Notes: a model not told the origin generated them from the letters alone. A DNA stretch of 64,000 bases from an uncultured Acidobacteriota bacterium (GCA_963720545.1 OY970399.1:2784001-2848000), one strand, 5' to 3'. Positions 32,933 through 42,796 are shown, counted from the stretch's first letter. A program made the numbers and translations.

Positions 32933-33831
32933 AGCAGCTGCAGAATTCCCGCTGGCTGAAGTTCCTGAGCCTGTTGCTGGCCCTGGTCTTGTGGTTCGTG
33001 ATCGCCGGCGAGAAGACTTCGGAGCGCGGCTTCGCGGTGCCGGTCGAGTTCAGCAACCTGCCGCGCGACCTCGAGGTCGTTTCCGGCAGCCTCAACGCCG
33101 TGGACGTACGGCTGCGCGCTTCGCCGAGCGTCATGGCGCAGCTCGGTGCGCTCAACGTTTCGGCGCAGGTGGACCTCGCCGGCGCCAGCGAGGGCGAGCA
33201 CATCGTGCACCTGACGCCCGGCACCATCCGCGTGCCGTTCGGCGTGCGCGTCGTCAAGGTGCACCCGTCGCTCCTCAACCTGCGCCTCGAGCGCACCATC
33301 GAGCGCGAGGTGCCGGTGCGGCCGCGCATCGTCGGCACGCCGGCCCCGGGCCACGAGGTCACGGGGGTGGTGGCGTCGCCCCCGGCCGTGAAGATCGCCG
33401 GCCCGCGCAGCCACGTCGACCAGCTGCCGACGGTGTTCACCGAGCCGGTCGACGTCTCCGGCCTCGAAACCAACCGCGTGGTGCCCGACGTGAGCATCGG
33501 CTTCGACGATCCGGTGTTGCACGTCGAGGGCATCTCGAAGGTCACCGTGACCGCGCAGATCGGCGCGGCGCGCGCCGAGCGCACCTTCGACGGCCTGCGA
33601 CTCGAGGTGCGCGGCGGCACCGCGATGCTGACGCCGGCCTCGGTGCAGGTGGTGGTGCGCGGCCCGGCGCAGCTGTTGCGCGGCATGGCGCCCGAAGCGG
33701 TGCACGCCTACGTGGACGCGGCACAACTCTCGGGCACCGCGCGGCTGCCGGTGGCCGTGGAATTTGCACCCGGCAACACCGGTGTCGAGGTGGCGCGCCT
33801 GCTGCCCGACACGGTGGTGGCGCGCCGCTAG
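32929..33831 (+). CDS. cdaR: CdaR/YbbR-like regulator
   Basis: TTG 32929 overlapping the cdaA stop; KFLSLLLALVLWFVI anchor, repeated YbbR-like domains (G.PAPGHEV, V.IAGP); position between cdaA and glmM. Confidence 0.88.
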   Translation: MKQLQNSRWLKFLSLLLALVLWFVIAGEKTSERGFAVPVEFSNLPRDLEVVSGSLNAVDVRLRASPSVMAQLGALNVSAQVDLAGASEGEHIVHLTPGTIRVPFGVRVVKVHPSLLNLRLERTIEREVPVRPRIVGTPAPGHEVTGVVASPPAVKIAGPRSHVDQLPTVFTEPVDVSGLETNRVVPDVSIGFDDPVLHVEGISKVTVTAQIGAARAERTFDGLRLEVRGGTAMLTPASVQVVVRGPAQLLRGMAPEAVHAYVDAAQLSGTARLPVAVEFAPGNTGVEVARLLPDTVVARR

Positions 33832-33873
33832 GCCAGGAGCGAGAGTTTGGATGAAGATGGGCGACACACAACG

Positions 33874-35262
33874 ATGACCACGACCGCCAGGGACAAGAAC
33901 CGCAGGTTGTTCGGCACCGACGGCGTGCGCGGGCTGGCGAACCAGCACCCGATGACGCCGGAGATAGCGCTGCAGCTGGGCCGCGCGGTGACGCTGGTCG
34001 CCGGCCGCGGCAAGAAGCACCAGCCGCGCATCCTGGTGGGCAAGGACACGCGCCTCTCGGGCTACATGATCGAGACCGCGCTCGCCGCCGGCATCTGCTC
34101 GATGGGCGGCCGCTTCCTGCAGTGCGGCCCAATCCCGACGCCCGCGGTGGCACACCTCACCATGAACATGCGCGCCGACGCCGGCATCGTCATCAGCGCC
34201 TCGCACAATCCCTACGACGACAACGGCATCAAGATCTTCGGCGCCGACGGCTTCAAGCTGCCCGACGAAGCCGAGATGGAGATCGAGTCGCTGATGCAGG
34301 ACCCGCGGCTCCTCGACCACTGCCGCACCGGCCGCGAGATCGGCACCGCCTTCAAGCTCGAGGACGCGCGCGGCCGCTACGTGGTGTTTGCCAAGAACAC
34401 TTTTCCCAAGGACCTGTCGTTGGACGGCGTGCGGCTGGTGGTCGATGCCGCCCACGGCGCCGCCTACAAGGTCGCGCCGCTCGTGTTCCAGGAGCTGGGG
34501 GCGAAGGTCACGGCGCTGGGCGTGAAGCCGAACGGCGTCAACATCAACCGCGGCGTCGGCGCGCTGCATCCCGAGAACGTCCGCCAGGACGTGGTGAAGC
34601 GCGGCGCCGCCATCGGCATCGCCCTGGACGGCGACGCCGACCGTGTCATCGTGGTGGACGAAAAGGGCGAGGTGGTGGATGGCGACGCGGTGATGGCGAT
34701 GTGCGCGCAGCGCATGATCCTCGACCGCGAGCTGCGCAACGCCACCGTGGTCGCGACCGTGATGAGCAACATCGGCCTCGAGCGCGCGCTGCACAAGCAC
34801 GGCGCGAAGCTGCTGCGCACGCCGGTCGGCGACCGCTACGTGGTCGAGGCGATGCGCAAGGGCGGCTTCAACCTGGGCGGCGAGCAGTCGGGCCACCTGG
34901 TGTTCCTCGACCATGCCTCGACCGGCGACGGCATCATCGGCGCCCTCCAGGTGCTGGCCCTGATGATGCGCACCGGCCGGCCGCTTTCCGAGCTGAGCCG
35001 CGACGCCATGGAGCGTGTGCCGCAGGTGCTCGAGAACGTGAACCTCCCGGCGCGCAAGCCGCTCGAGGAGATGCCGGCGCTGCGCCGCGCGGCCGGCGAA
35101 GTGGAAAAGACCCTCGGCAGCGAGGGCCGCGTGCTGGTGCGCTGGAGCGGCACCGAAGCCAAGCTGCGCATCATGATCGAGGGCCCGGACCTGGCGCGCA
35201 TCGAGGGCTGGGCGCAGGACCTGGCCGCCGCCGCCCGCCGCGACCTTGGCGGTTTGGTATGA
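33874..35262 (+). CDS. glmM: Phosphoglucosamine mutase
   Basis: FGTDGVRG, GKDTRLSGY, ISASHNP, DGDADR, GGEQSGH, RWSGTE. Confidence 0.97.
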   Translation: MTTTARDKNRRLFGTDGVRGLANQHPMTPEIALQLGRAVTLVAGRGKKHQPRILVGKDTRLSGYMIETALAAGICSMGGRFLQCGPIPTPAVAHLTMNMRADAGIVISASHNPYDDNGIKIFGADGFKLPDEAEMEIESLMQDPRLLDHCRTGREIGTAFKLEDARGRYVVFAKNTFPKDLSLDGVRLVVDAAHGAAYKVAPLVFQELGAKVTALGVKPNGVNINRGVGALHPENVRQDVVKRGAAIGIALDGDADRVIVVDEKGEVVDGDAVMAMCAQRMILDRELRNATVVATVMSNIGLERALHKHGAKLLRTPVGDRYVVEAMRKGGFNLGGEQSGHLVFLDHASTGDGIIGALQVLALMMRTGRPLSELSRDAMERVPQVLENVNLPARKPLEEMPALRRAAGEVEKTLGSEGRVLVRWSGTEAKLRIMIEGPDLARIEGWAQDLAAAARRDLGGLV

Positions 35263-35263
35263 T
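35255..35263 (+). promoter_or_regulatory. Extended -10 (TGgTATGAT) overlapping the glmM stop, upstream of DoxX-phosphatase-kinase
   Basis: Motif seen directly. Confidence 0.5.
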
Positions 35264-35290
35264 GCCGGCCCGTCCTCCGGAGCAAGATAT

Positions 35291-35752
35291 TTGAACAGTG
35301 CGCGGTTCGAAGACCTGTCTGCTTTCGTCCTGCGCCTGGCCGGACTGGGGCTCGCTTTCTTCCACGGCCTCGGCAAGGTCCAGGCGCTCGCGAGCGGCGG
35401 CGGCGGGCGCTTCATCGAGAGCGTCGCCAGCATGGGCTTCCCGCTGCCCGCGGTCTTCGCCTGGGCCGCGGCCGCGTCGGAGTTCGTCGGCGGCCTGTGC
35501 GTGGCCTTCGGCATTCGCACGCGCGTTGCCGCGGCCTTCGCCGCAACCACCATGCTGGTCGCCGCATTCGGCCAGCACCGTACCCACTGGCAGGTGCTGC
35601 ACCTGCTGCGCGTCGACACCGAACCCGAAGCGGTCCGGGCCGCGTGGGGCTCGCCGGAGAAGGCGCTCTTGTACGCCGCCATCTTCATCGCCCTCGTCGG
35701 CCTCGGTGGCGGACGCTATTCACTGGACCGCCTCTTTGGACGGAAGGGCTGA
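35291..35752 (+). CDS. DoxX family membrane protein
   Basis: TTG 35291 after GGAG; LRL..G.....HG..K, EFVGGL....G..TR, G.GRYSLD. Confidence 0.9.
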   Translation: MNSARFEDLSAFVLRLAGLGLAFFHGLGKVQALASGGGGRFIESVASMGFPLPAVFAWAAAASEFVGGLCVAFGIRTRVAAAFAATTMLVAAFGQHRTHWQVLHLLRVDTEPEAVRAAWGSPEKALLYAAIFIALVGLGGGRYSLDRLFGRKG

Positions 35753-36510
35753 TGGAAGTCTCCGGAAAAACCGACGTCGGCCTGCGCCGCAAGCTGAACG
35801 AGGACCAGTTCCTGTTCGACGCGGACACCAGGCTTCTGGCCGTGTGCGACGGCATGGGCGGTCACAACGCTGGCGAGGTGGCCTCGCGCATCGCCATCGA
35901 AGCGCTCGCGTCGTTCATCGAACGCAGCCACAAGGAGAAGGAGATCACCTGGCCCTACGGCCTCGATCCGGCGCTCTCCTTCGACGGCAACCGCGTGCGC
36001 ACCGCCATCCAGCTCGCCAACAAGAAGGTGTACAAGGCCGCGGACAACCGCGAGGAATACACCGGCATGGGCACGACCGTGGTGGCGGCGATCGTCACCG
36101 AGAGCACCGTGACCGTGGGCTCCGCGGGCGACAGCCGCTGCTACGTCTTCCATGACGGCGAGCTGCGGCAGATCACCCGCGACGATTCGTGGGTGGCGGC
36201 GGCGGGCGCCGACGGCATCCTGAGCCCCGCGGAACTGGCGCGGCATCCGCTGCGCAACGTCATCACCAAGGCGATCGGCGCCAAGGACCAGATCGACATC
36301 GACATCGTCGAGCAGGACCTCGAGCCGGGCGACACCGTGCTGCTCTGCTCCGACGGACTGCACGCGATGATCGCCGACACCGCCATCACCGAAATCATGG
36401 CGCAGGCCGGCACGGTCGACGAGATCGCGGCCCGGCTGGTGGAAGCCGCCAACAGCGCCGGCGGCAAGGACAACATCACCGTGGTCCTGGCACGGGTCGA
36501 GGCGGTCTAG
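35752..36510 (+). CDS. PP2C-type Ser/Thr protein phosphatase (Stp1/PrpC-like)
   Basis: TDVGLRRKLNED, VCDGMGGH..GEVAS, GMGTT, GDSRCY, LLCSDGL, GGKDNIT; TGATG overlap. Confidence 0.95.
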   Translation: MEVSGKTDVGLRRKLNEDQFLFDADTRLLAVCDGMGGHNAGEVASRIAIEALASFIERSHKEKEITWPYGLDPALSFDGNRVRTAIQLANKKVYKAADNREEYTGMGTTVVAAIVTESTVTVGSAGDSRCYVFHDGELRQITRDDSWVAAAGADGILSPAELARHPLRNVITKAIGAKDQIDIDIVEQDLEPGDTVLLCSDGLHAMIADTAITEIMAQAGTVDEIAARLVEAANSAGGKDNITVVLARVEAV

Positions 36511-36512
36511 AA

Positions 36513-37724
36513 CTGAATCGCCTCGGCCGCTACGAGATCTCCGGCAAGCTCGGCGAAGGCGCCATGGGCGTCGTCTACCGCGCCCGCGACATGAATCTCG
36601 GCCGGGTGGTGGCGCTCAAGACGCTGTCCGCCGACCTCGACGTCGACGAGCTCATCCAGAAGCGCTTCATCCGCGAGGCCGAAGCCATCGGCCGCCTCAG
36701 CCATCCCAACATCGTCGCGGTCTACGACCTTGGCAACGTCGAGGGCCGGCTGTTCATGGCGATGGAGCTGCTCGACGGCCGCGACCTGCGCCAGATCCTC
36801 GCCAGCCGGCCGCTGCCGCCGCTCGCCGAGCGGCTGCGCATCCTCATCGGCATCGCCGACGGTGTCGGTTATGCGCACTCGCGCGGCGTCGTGCACCGCG
36901 ACCTCAAGCCCGCGAACATCATCGTCACCGCCGCGGGCGCCGTGAAGATCCTCGACTTCGGCCTGGCGCGGGTGGCGGCGAGTGCCACCATCACGCGCCG
37001 CGGCATGATCATGGGCACGCCCGACTACATGTCGCCCGAGCAGGCCAGCGGCAAGGAGCTCGACCACCGCACCGACGTGTTCTCGTGCGGCTCGGTGTTC
37101 TACGAGCTCTTGACCGGCCAGAAGCCATTCAAGGGCGCAACCCTGCATTCGGTGCTGTTCCAGATCCTCGGCGACGAACCGCCGCCGCTCATCAGCCTCG
37201 AGCCTGCGGTGCCGGCGGCGCTCGCGATCCTGGTGGCCGACATGCAGCGCAAGGACCCGGCGGCCCGGCCGCAGTCGCTGCTCGAAGTGGGGGCGCGGCT
37301 GCGCCCGATCTACGCGCAGGTGCTGCGCCAGGCGCTGCCGGGCGGCGCCTTTTCCGCACGCGGCGCGAGCGAGGAAGACAGCCTGCGGCGGGTGCGCGAG
37401 CTGCTGGCGAAAGCCCGCGATTCGGCTGCCGGCGGCGACACGCGCGGCGCTCTCAACGCTGCCCACGAGGCGCTGTTCGTCGATCCCAACTCGACCGAAG
37501 CCGCCGAGGTCGCGTGGCGCACGGCCGAGGCCCGCGGTTCGGCGCGCGGCCAAGCCAAGGACCTGATGCACCCGGAGCGGCTGTCCGGGCTGGCGCAGGA
37601 CGCGGCCGTGGACCGCAACGACGACCGCAGCCGCGCGGCGGTGGAGCAGCTGGTGCTGCTGGCTCCGGACGAGCCGGCGGTCGAGGCGCTGCTGCGGGCG
37701 CGCGCCCAGCGCCGGCGTGTATAA
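36513..37724 (+). CDS. Cytoplasmic Ser/Thr protein kinase with helical C-terminus
   Basis: GEGAMGVVY, VALK, HRDLKPAN, DFGLA, GTPDYMSPE; no TM seen; probable CTG start at 36513. Confidence 0.92.
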   Translation: MNRLGRYEISGKLGEGAMGVVYRARDMNLGRVVALKTLSADLDVDELIQKRFIREAEAIGRLSHPNIVAVYDLGNVEGRLFMAMELLDGRDLRQILASRPLPPLAERLRILIGIADGVGYAHSRGVVHRDLKPANIIVTAAGAVKILDFGLARVAASATITRRGMIMGTPDYMSPEQASGKELDHRTDVFSCGSVFYELLTGQKPFKGATLHSVLFQILGDEPPPLISLEPAVPAALAILVADMQRKDPAARPQSLLEVGARLRPIYAQVLRQALPGGAFSARGASEEDSLRRVRELLAKARDSAAGGDTRGALNAAHEALFVDPNSTEAAEVAWRTAEARGSARGQAKDLMHPERLSGLAQDAAVDRNDDRSRAAVEQLVLLAPDEPAVEALLRARAQRRRV

Positions 37725-37755
37725 TTTCGAGCCCTGATATGGGTTGGAGGCTTTG

Positions 37756-38277
37756 GTGAACATGACGTCCATGATGGAAGACGAGAAGCCGTGGAAGGTC
37801 GACCTGGCGCGCAAGGCGGCGCTGCGCCGGGAGGCGGCCCTCGTCGAGGTAGAGGAGGCAATCAAGCAGACCGGATCGTTCGAGGAAGCGCTGCGCGTTT
37901 GCGTCGAGTCCCTGAAGAACAAGTTCGCGCGCTACGCGTCGGTGACCGCTTACGCGGCCGACGGCGAGGACCTCGCGATCCACGTTTCGATCGGACGTCC
38001 CGAGGGTCCGGAGCGCGTCTCGTCGAGCACCGGGCCGGTGGCGGAAGCCGCCAAGGGCCAGGGCGCCAGCATGTTCTCGACCGTCGACGGCGATTCCGCC
38101 TGGGCGACCATCGGCCTCAACACCGGCAGCGTGATGGTGGCTCCGGTGCGCACGCCCGCCGGGCTGTGGGCGATCATCGAGATCTGGAGCGACTTCCGCG
38201 ACGCCTTCACGCCCGCCGACCTCAGGCTTGCGAACCGCATCGCGGCGGCGCTGGCAGCGAAGACGCCGGCCGCCTGA
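37756..38277 (+). CDS. GAF-domain protein
   Basis: TATAAT at 37720-37725, GGAGG 37746-37750, GTG 37756; SVMVAPV...AIIEIWS....AFTPAD is a GAF C-terminal pattern. Confidence 0.7.
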   Translation: MNMTSMMEDEKPWKVDLARKAALRREAALVEVEEAIKQTGSFEEALRVCVESLKNKFARYASVTAYAADGEDLAIHVSIGRPEGPERVSSSTGPVAEAAKGQGASMFSTVDGDSAWATIGLNTGSVMVAPVRTPAGLWAIIEIWSDFRDAFTPADLRLANRIAAALAAKTPAA

Positions 38278-38278
38278 C

Positions 38279-39181
38279 GTGAGCTCCGGCCGGAGCCTGC
38301 CAGCCGGGGTGGTCCCGCCGCTCGTCACCCCGTTCACGGCGACAGGCGACATCGACGAGCGCGCGTACCAGAAGAACTTCGAGACCTACGCCGCGCACGA
38401 CCTCGCCGGCTACCTGGTGCTGGGCTCGAACGGCGAGGCCACGAGCCTCGCCGAGGACGAGAAGCTCGCCCTCATCCGCCTGACGCGCAAGGCCGCCGGC
38501 ACGCGCACGGTGCTGGCCGGCACCGGCCTCGAGTCGACCCGGGCCACCATCGACTTCACCCGCAAGGCCGCCGACGCCGGCGCCGACATCGCGCTGGTGG
38601 TGACGCCGTTCTACTTCAAGGGGCAGATGACAGCCGCGGCCCTCACGGCCCACTACGCCGCGGTCGCCGAAGCCGCGCCGATCCCGGTGATGCTCTACAC
38701 CGTGCCGGTCTTCACCGGCATTGCGTTCCCGCCCGAGCTGATCGCAAGCGTTGGCGCCCACCGCAACGTCGTCGGCATGAAGGAATCGAGTGGCGACATG
38801 ACCCTGATGGCGCGCCTCACCGCGTCGGCACCGCCAACGTTCAAGGTGGCCTGCGGCAGCGCCACCGTCCTCTATCCGGCGCTCTGCATGGGTGCCCACG
38901 CCGGCATCATCGCCCTCGCCTGCTGCGCACCAGCCATCTCCGTGTCGCTGTTCAAAGCGTGGTCGGCCGGCAATCACGAACTGGCGCGCAAGATCCAGGC
39001 CGCAGTCACCCCGCTCGCAATCGCCGTCACGGGAACCTACGGCGTCGCCGGCCTGAAACGCGCCATGGACCTCGCCGGCATGCAGGGCGGCGCGGTCCGC
39101 TCCCCGCTCCTCCCCGCACAGCCCGACATCGACGCGGTCCTCCGCCGCCTCCTCGACGAAGCGAACGCAAGCAGCAGCTAG
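38279..39181 (+). CDS. DapA-family aldolase, 4-hydroxy-2-oxoglutarate aldolase-like
   Basis: PPLVTPF, GSNGE (not GTTGE), VVTPFYFKGQM, LYTVP, GMKESSGD. Confidence 0.85.
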   Translation: MSSGRSLPAGVVPPLVTPFTATGDIDERAYQKNFETYAAHDLAGYLVLGSNGEATSLAEDEKLALIRLTRKAAGTRTVLAGTGLESTRATIDFTRKAADAGADIALVVTPFYFKGQMTAAALTAHYAAVAEAAPIPVMLYTVPVFTGIAFPPELIASVGAHRNVVGMKESSGDMTLMARLTASAPPTFKVACGSATVLYPALCMGAHAGIIALACCAPAISVSLFKAWSAGNHELARKIQAAVTPLAIAVTGTYGVAGLKRAMDLAGMQGGAVRSPLLPAQPDIDAVLRRLLDEANASSS

Positions 39182-39951
39182 GAGCTGTGCACTCCGCAGC
39201 GGCAAGCGCCGCTGTGGAAGCGGCCGTTGGCTTCGACCATGCCGGCCTTGCCGTACATGTCGTGAGGGCGCGCCCAGTCGGTGAGGGAGTGGTTCGGTCC
39301 GTTCTCGGCGCGGCCATTGGGCGTCATGTCGAAATACCGGTAAGGCCCCAGGAACTCCTCGCCGCCGCGGCCGAACGACGAGTAGGTGTGGAAGATCTCG
39401 CCATCCTCCTTGATGAACACGCTATCGCCGGAGAGGTCGGTCATCGGGATTTCTACGTAGCCGAAGTTGTAGAACACCGGACCTGCGGCGAGCCGTGCGG
39501 GCGTGAAGGAGACGTTGAAGTCGTAGTTGAAATCGGAGTCGAAGGAAGACACCCAGCGGATGTTCCAGCCCATGCGTTGGCGCACGGCTTCGATCTCGTC
39601 GAGCGGTGCCCGCGCGACCGCGACGTAGCTGAGGTCGTGATTCTCGAGGTGCACGAGCGAGCCGACGACGCTGTCCATCTCGAGCGAACAACCGACGCAC
39701 TGACCGACCTGGCCGGGCGCCATCATGAAGTGCTTGACGAACAGCTGGCTGCGGCCGTCGAACAGCTCGCCAAGCGAGACCTTGCCTTCCGGCGCGTCAA
39801 ACACGTATTCCTTGTCCACCCTGACCCACGGCAGCTCACGCCGCTGCGCGCTGATCCCATCGCGCTCACGCGTATACGCCTTCTCCCGCTGCAACAGCGC
39901 CTTGCGTTCCTGCAGCCACTCTTCCCGACTCGCCACCCTGTGCGACGTCAT
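39178..39951 (-). CDS. DUF899 thioredoxin-like protein
   Basis: SREEWL.ERK.LL.REK, RRELPW, LFDGRSQL, CVGCS, DFNYDF, FHTYS, TPNGR.E. Confidence 0.9.
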   Translation of the reverse strand: MTSHRVASREEWLQERKALLQREKAYTRERDGISAQRRELPWVRVDKEYVFDAPEGKVSLGELFDGRSQLFVKHFMMAPGQVGQCVGCSLEMDSVVGSLVHLENHDLSYVAVARAPLDEIEAVRQRMGWNIRWVSSFDSDFNYDFNVSFTPARLAAGPVFYNFGYVEIPMTDLSGDSVFIKEDGEIFHTYSSFGRGGEEFLGPYRYFDMTPNGRAENGPNHSLTDWARPHDMYGKAGMVEANGRFHSGACRCGVHSS

Positions 39952-39987
39952 CGTTGTCGTTCCTCCTTCAACGTCCGTGCCTCGAAT

Positions 39988-40926
39988 CTAGCGCGTGAAC
40001 GGGCGGGCGGGGCTGCGCATGGTGGTGCGGGGGACGAGGACTCGCAGGGCCTTCGGGGCGAGGGAAATCTGCAACGGCGTGGTGCCTGAGGAGGGTTCGC
40101 CGTCGCGGTGAAACAACATCCCTGGTTCTTGGGCGTGGATGGTGAGCGACGGGACCTTGAAGCGGTGGTAGCGGCGCCAAGTGGAGATGGAGCGCGTGAA
40201 GAGGCGGTGGGCGTGGCTGGTGACGGCGAGGATGTTCAAGGCTTCGATTGCGACCACGTCGAGGAGGCCGTCGTCGAGTAAGGCGCCGGGTGCAATCACT
40301 GCTTCGGCACCGAACTGGGGGCCGTTGGCACACGTCACGAACAAGGCGCGGCCACTCCAGAGCGGCCTGCCTGATGCGTCGATCGCGTACTGCTTTGCGC
40401 GGTAGTTCCAGGCGACGGGGAAGCCGCGGCTGAAGTAGGAGGCGATGCCCCTGCGGCCGCCTTCGGCGCCGTGCGATTGGAAGGCCGCGCCGATCGCTGC
40501 GTCGAGGCCGGTGCCGGCCACGTTGAGGAAGGGGAGCGGCTCGGCGTCGCCCGCTTTTATGAGGCCGACGTCCATTGCGGGGCGCTCGGCGTCGCGTAAC
40601 GAGTCGACGGCGTGGCGGAAGGAGCGGATCGGGATGCGAAGTGCTCGGGCGAGGCCGTTGCCCGAGCCGAAGGGCAGGATGCCCAAGGCTGTTTGTGTGT
40701 TGATGAGGGCTTGCGCGGTCTCGTTGGCGGTGCCGTCGCCGCCGACCGAGAGGACGGTGTCGCACCCTGCGTCTATGGCTTTTAGCGCGAGTTCGCGGGC
40801 ATGGCCGGAGTGTTCGGTGTGCCAGAGCGGTACGGGTCCCCAGGGGTCCATGCCGGCCGCGAGTTCCTTCAGCGCCTTCGCCGCGCCGAAGCCGGCGCGC
40901 GGATTCACGATGGCGACGGCCTTCAC
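39988..40926 (-). CDS. Diacylglycerol/lipid kinase (YegS/DgkB/BmrU family)
   Basis: IVNP.AG, GGDGTANE, LPFGSGN, G.GLDA, DDGLLDV, DGE. Confidence 0.92.
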   Translation of the reverse strand: MKAVAIVNPRAGFGAAKALKELAAGMDPWGPVPLWHTEHSGHARELALKAIDAGCDTVLSVGGDGTANETAQALINTQTALGILPFGSGNGLARALRIPIRSFRHAVDSLRDAERPAMDVGLIKAGDAEPLPFLNVAGTGLDAAIGAAFQSHGAEGGRRGIASYFSRGFPVAWNYRAKQYAIDASGRPLWSGRALFVTCANGPQFGAEAVIAPGALLDDGLLDVVAIEALNILAVTSHAHRLFTRSISTWRRYHRFKVPSLTIHAQEPGMLFHRDGEPSSGTTPLQISLAPKALRVLVPRTTMRSPARPFTR

Positions 40927-40935
40927 CGTCTTCTC

Positions 40936-42024
40936 CTAGCGGGTCGAGAGCGCGCCGTCATAGACGCCGAGAGTCTCGTCCACCATGCGTTCGACAGAGA
41001 AGCTCGCGAGGAAGCGCTCGCGTCCGGCGGCGCCCCACTTCTTTCGCTGTTCCGGGCTGGCGCGTAGCACTTCGATGAGGCCGGCGGCGAGCTTCTCGGG
41101 GTCTTTCACAGGCACGAGGCGGCCGTTGACGCCGTCTATCACGACCTCGGGGATGCCGCCTGCCGCCGTAGCCACGATCGGCCGCGAGAAGCACATCGCA
41201 TCGAGCAGGCTGGTGCCGAGCCCTTCCTTCTGCGACGAGAGGCAGAAGGCGTCGAAATGCGGGATGAAGCGTTCGACGTCGGGACGAAAGCCGGCGAACA
41301 CCACCGCGGCGCCCAGGCCGAGCGCTTTGGCGCGCTCCTCGAGCTGCGGGCGCAACTGGCCCTCGCCGAACACCAGGACGCGGGCGCTCGGTTCCGCGGC
41401 CACCAGCCTCTGCGCCGCCACCAGCAGCGTCTCGTGGTCCTTCTGTTCTGTCAGCGCCGCGACGTTGCCAACCACGAAGTCGCGGTCGCCGATGCCGAAC
41501 ACCCGCAGATCGGCGCGCGTGCCCACCGCCGGACGGTCGGCGACGCCCTCATAGACGAGGTGTGTGTTGGCGCGTGGCAGGCCGCTCTCGGCGAGGATCT
41601 CGACGATGGCGCTGCTCACCGCGATCACCGCGTCGCACGCCGACAGCTTCATGCGCGAGAGGCTGCCGCGCAGCGGGTAGTCCACCCGGCGCGTGCCGAT
41701 GAGCGCGCCGTCGAAGCGCGACAGGCGCGCCGCCAGCACGCCGGCGGAGATGCCGTGCGGGTCGTGCAACTGCACCACGTCCGGGCCGTAGGCGCGCATC
41801 ACGCCGGCGAGCGCCGCCACCGATCGCGGCGACAGGTCGCCGCGGCCGAAAGCGAACGACTGGTGGTCGAGCGCTTCGGCGAGGAGGCGCGCCTCGAGCC
41901 GGCCGGCCGACGCGCAGGCGATGCGCACAGCATGGCCGCGGCTCAACTGGCCGCGCGCCGTGAGCCAGACCTGATTCTGCCCGCCCCGCCATTCGCGGGC
42001 GGTGTCGACGTGAAGGATTTTCAT
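40936..42024 (-). CDS. GT4 family glycosyltransferase
   Basis: RGGQNQV, KDH..L, EGLGTSLLDAM, GGIPEV. Confidence 0.92.
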   Translation of the reverse strand: MKILHVDTAREWRGGQNQVWLTARGQLSRGHAVRIACASAGRLEARLLAEALDHQSFAFGRGDLSPRSVAALAGVMRAYGPDVVQLHDPHGISAGVLAARLSRFDGALIGTRRVDYPLRGSLSRMKLSACDAVIAVSSAIVEILAESGLPRANTHLVYEGVADRPAVGTRADLRVFGIGDRDFVVGNVAALTEQKDHETLLVAAQRLVAAEPSARVLVFGEGQLRPQLEERAKALGLGAAVVFAGFRPDVERFIPHFDAFCLSSQKEGLGTSLLDAMCFSRPIVATAAGGIPEVVIDGVNGRLVPVKDPEKLAAGLIEVLRASPEQRKKWGAAGRERFLASFSVERMVDETLGVYDGALSTR

Positions 42025-42027
42025 CCG

Positions 42028-42786
42028 TTACCGGATGCCGGCCCGCTGCAGGTCGCGCAGTTTCGCGATCTTGAGGAAGGAATAGAAGCTGTTGAGCCGC
42101 GAGATCGTGAAGCCGGCGGCGCCGAGCAGGAAGCCGCGGTGCAGCACGAAGTTGCGGAAGAAGGTCCATGCCGGGATGAATGCCAGCTGCCAGGCGGGCG
42201 CATGGCGCCCGTTTTGCTGCGCCTGGCGGGCCCACAGGTCGGTGTAGGTGTTCATCTTCGCCAGGTGGTGCGCGATGTCGCGGTAGGGATGGTGCTCGAT
42301 CTCGCCGCGCAGCGTCGCGACGCTGCCCTGCACCGTCACCGATTCGTGCACTGCGCCGCCGCCCCAGGTGCCAGCGGTGCGGTCGAAGAGGCGCAGCTGC
42401 AGGTCGGGGTACCAGTCGGTGGCGCGTATCCATCGCCCGAGGTAGTGCGCTGCGCGCGGCATGCGGTAGCCGCTGTCGGTGAAGCCGCGCGAGCGCAGCG
42501 CCTCGAGCTCACGGCGCAGCACGTCGCTCACCACCTCGTCGGCGTCGAGGCAGAGAACCCAGTCGTTGCTGGCCGCGGACACCGCGAAGTTGCGCTGCGC
42601 GGCGAAGCCTGGCCAGGGAGTGTTGACCAGCACGCGGGCGCCGGATTTTTCCGCAAGGTCGCGGGTGCCGTCCTCGGAGCCTGCGTCCACCACCAGCACT
42701 TCGTCGCAGAAAGCGAGGCTTTGGAGCGCGGCGCCCAGTCTCTTCTCCTCGTCCAGGGTGATGAGTACCGCGGAAACCTTCGGCAT
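42028..42786 (-). CDS. GT2 family glycosyltransferase (KdtX/WaaE-like)
   Basis: DEVLVVDAGSEDGT, GFAAQRN, LDADE, WYPD..LRLF, VHE; ATG 42786. Confidence 0.9.
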   Translation of the reverse strand: MPKVSAVLITLDEEKRLGAALQSLAFCDEVLVVDAGSEDGTRDLAEKSGARVLVNTPWPGFAAQRNFAVSAASNDWVLCLDADEVVSDVLRRELEALRSRGFTDSGYRMPRAAHYLGRWIRATDWYPDLQLRLFDRTAGTWGGGAVHESVTVQGSVATLRGEIEHHPYRDIAHHLAKMNTYTDLWARQAQQNGRHAPAWQLAFIPAWTFFRNFVLHRGFLLGAAGFTISRLNSFYSFLKIAKLRDLQRAGIR

Positions 42787-42796
42787 CGAGCACCGC

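Noticed and set aside
33874..35262. Impression that glmM is Myxococcota-like (xenologous replacement)
   Set aside because: Based on recall only; no compositional break or mobility signal; needs a phylogeny
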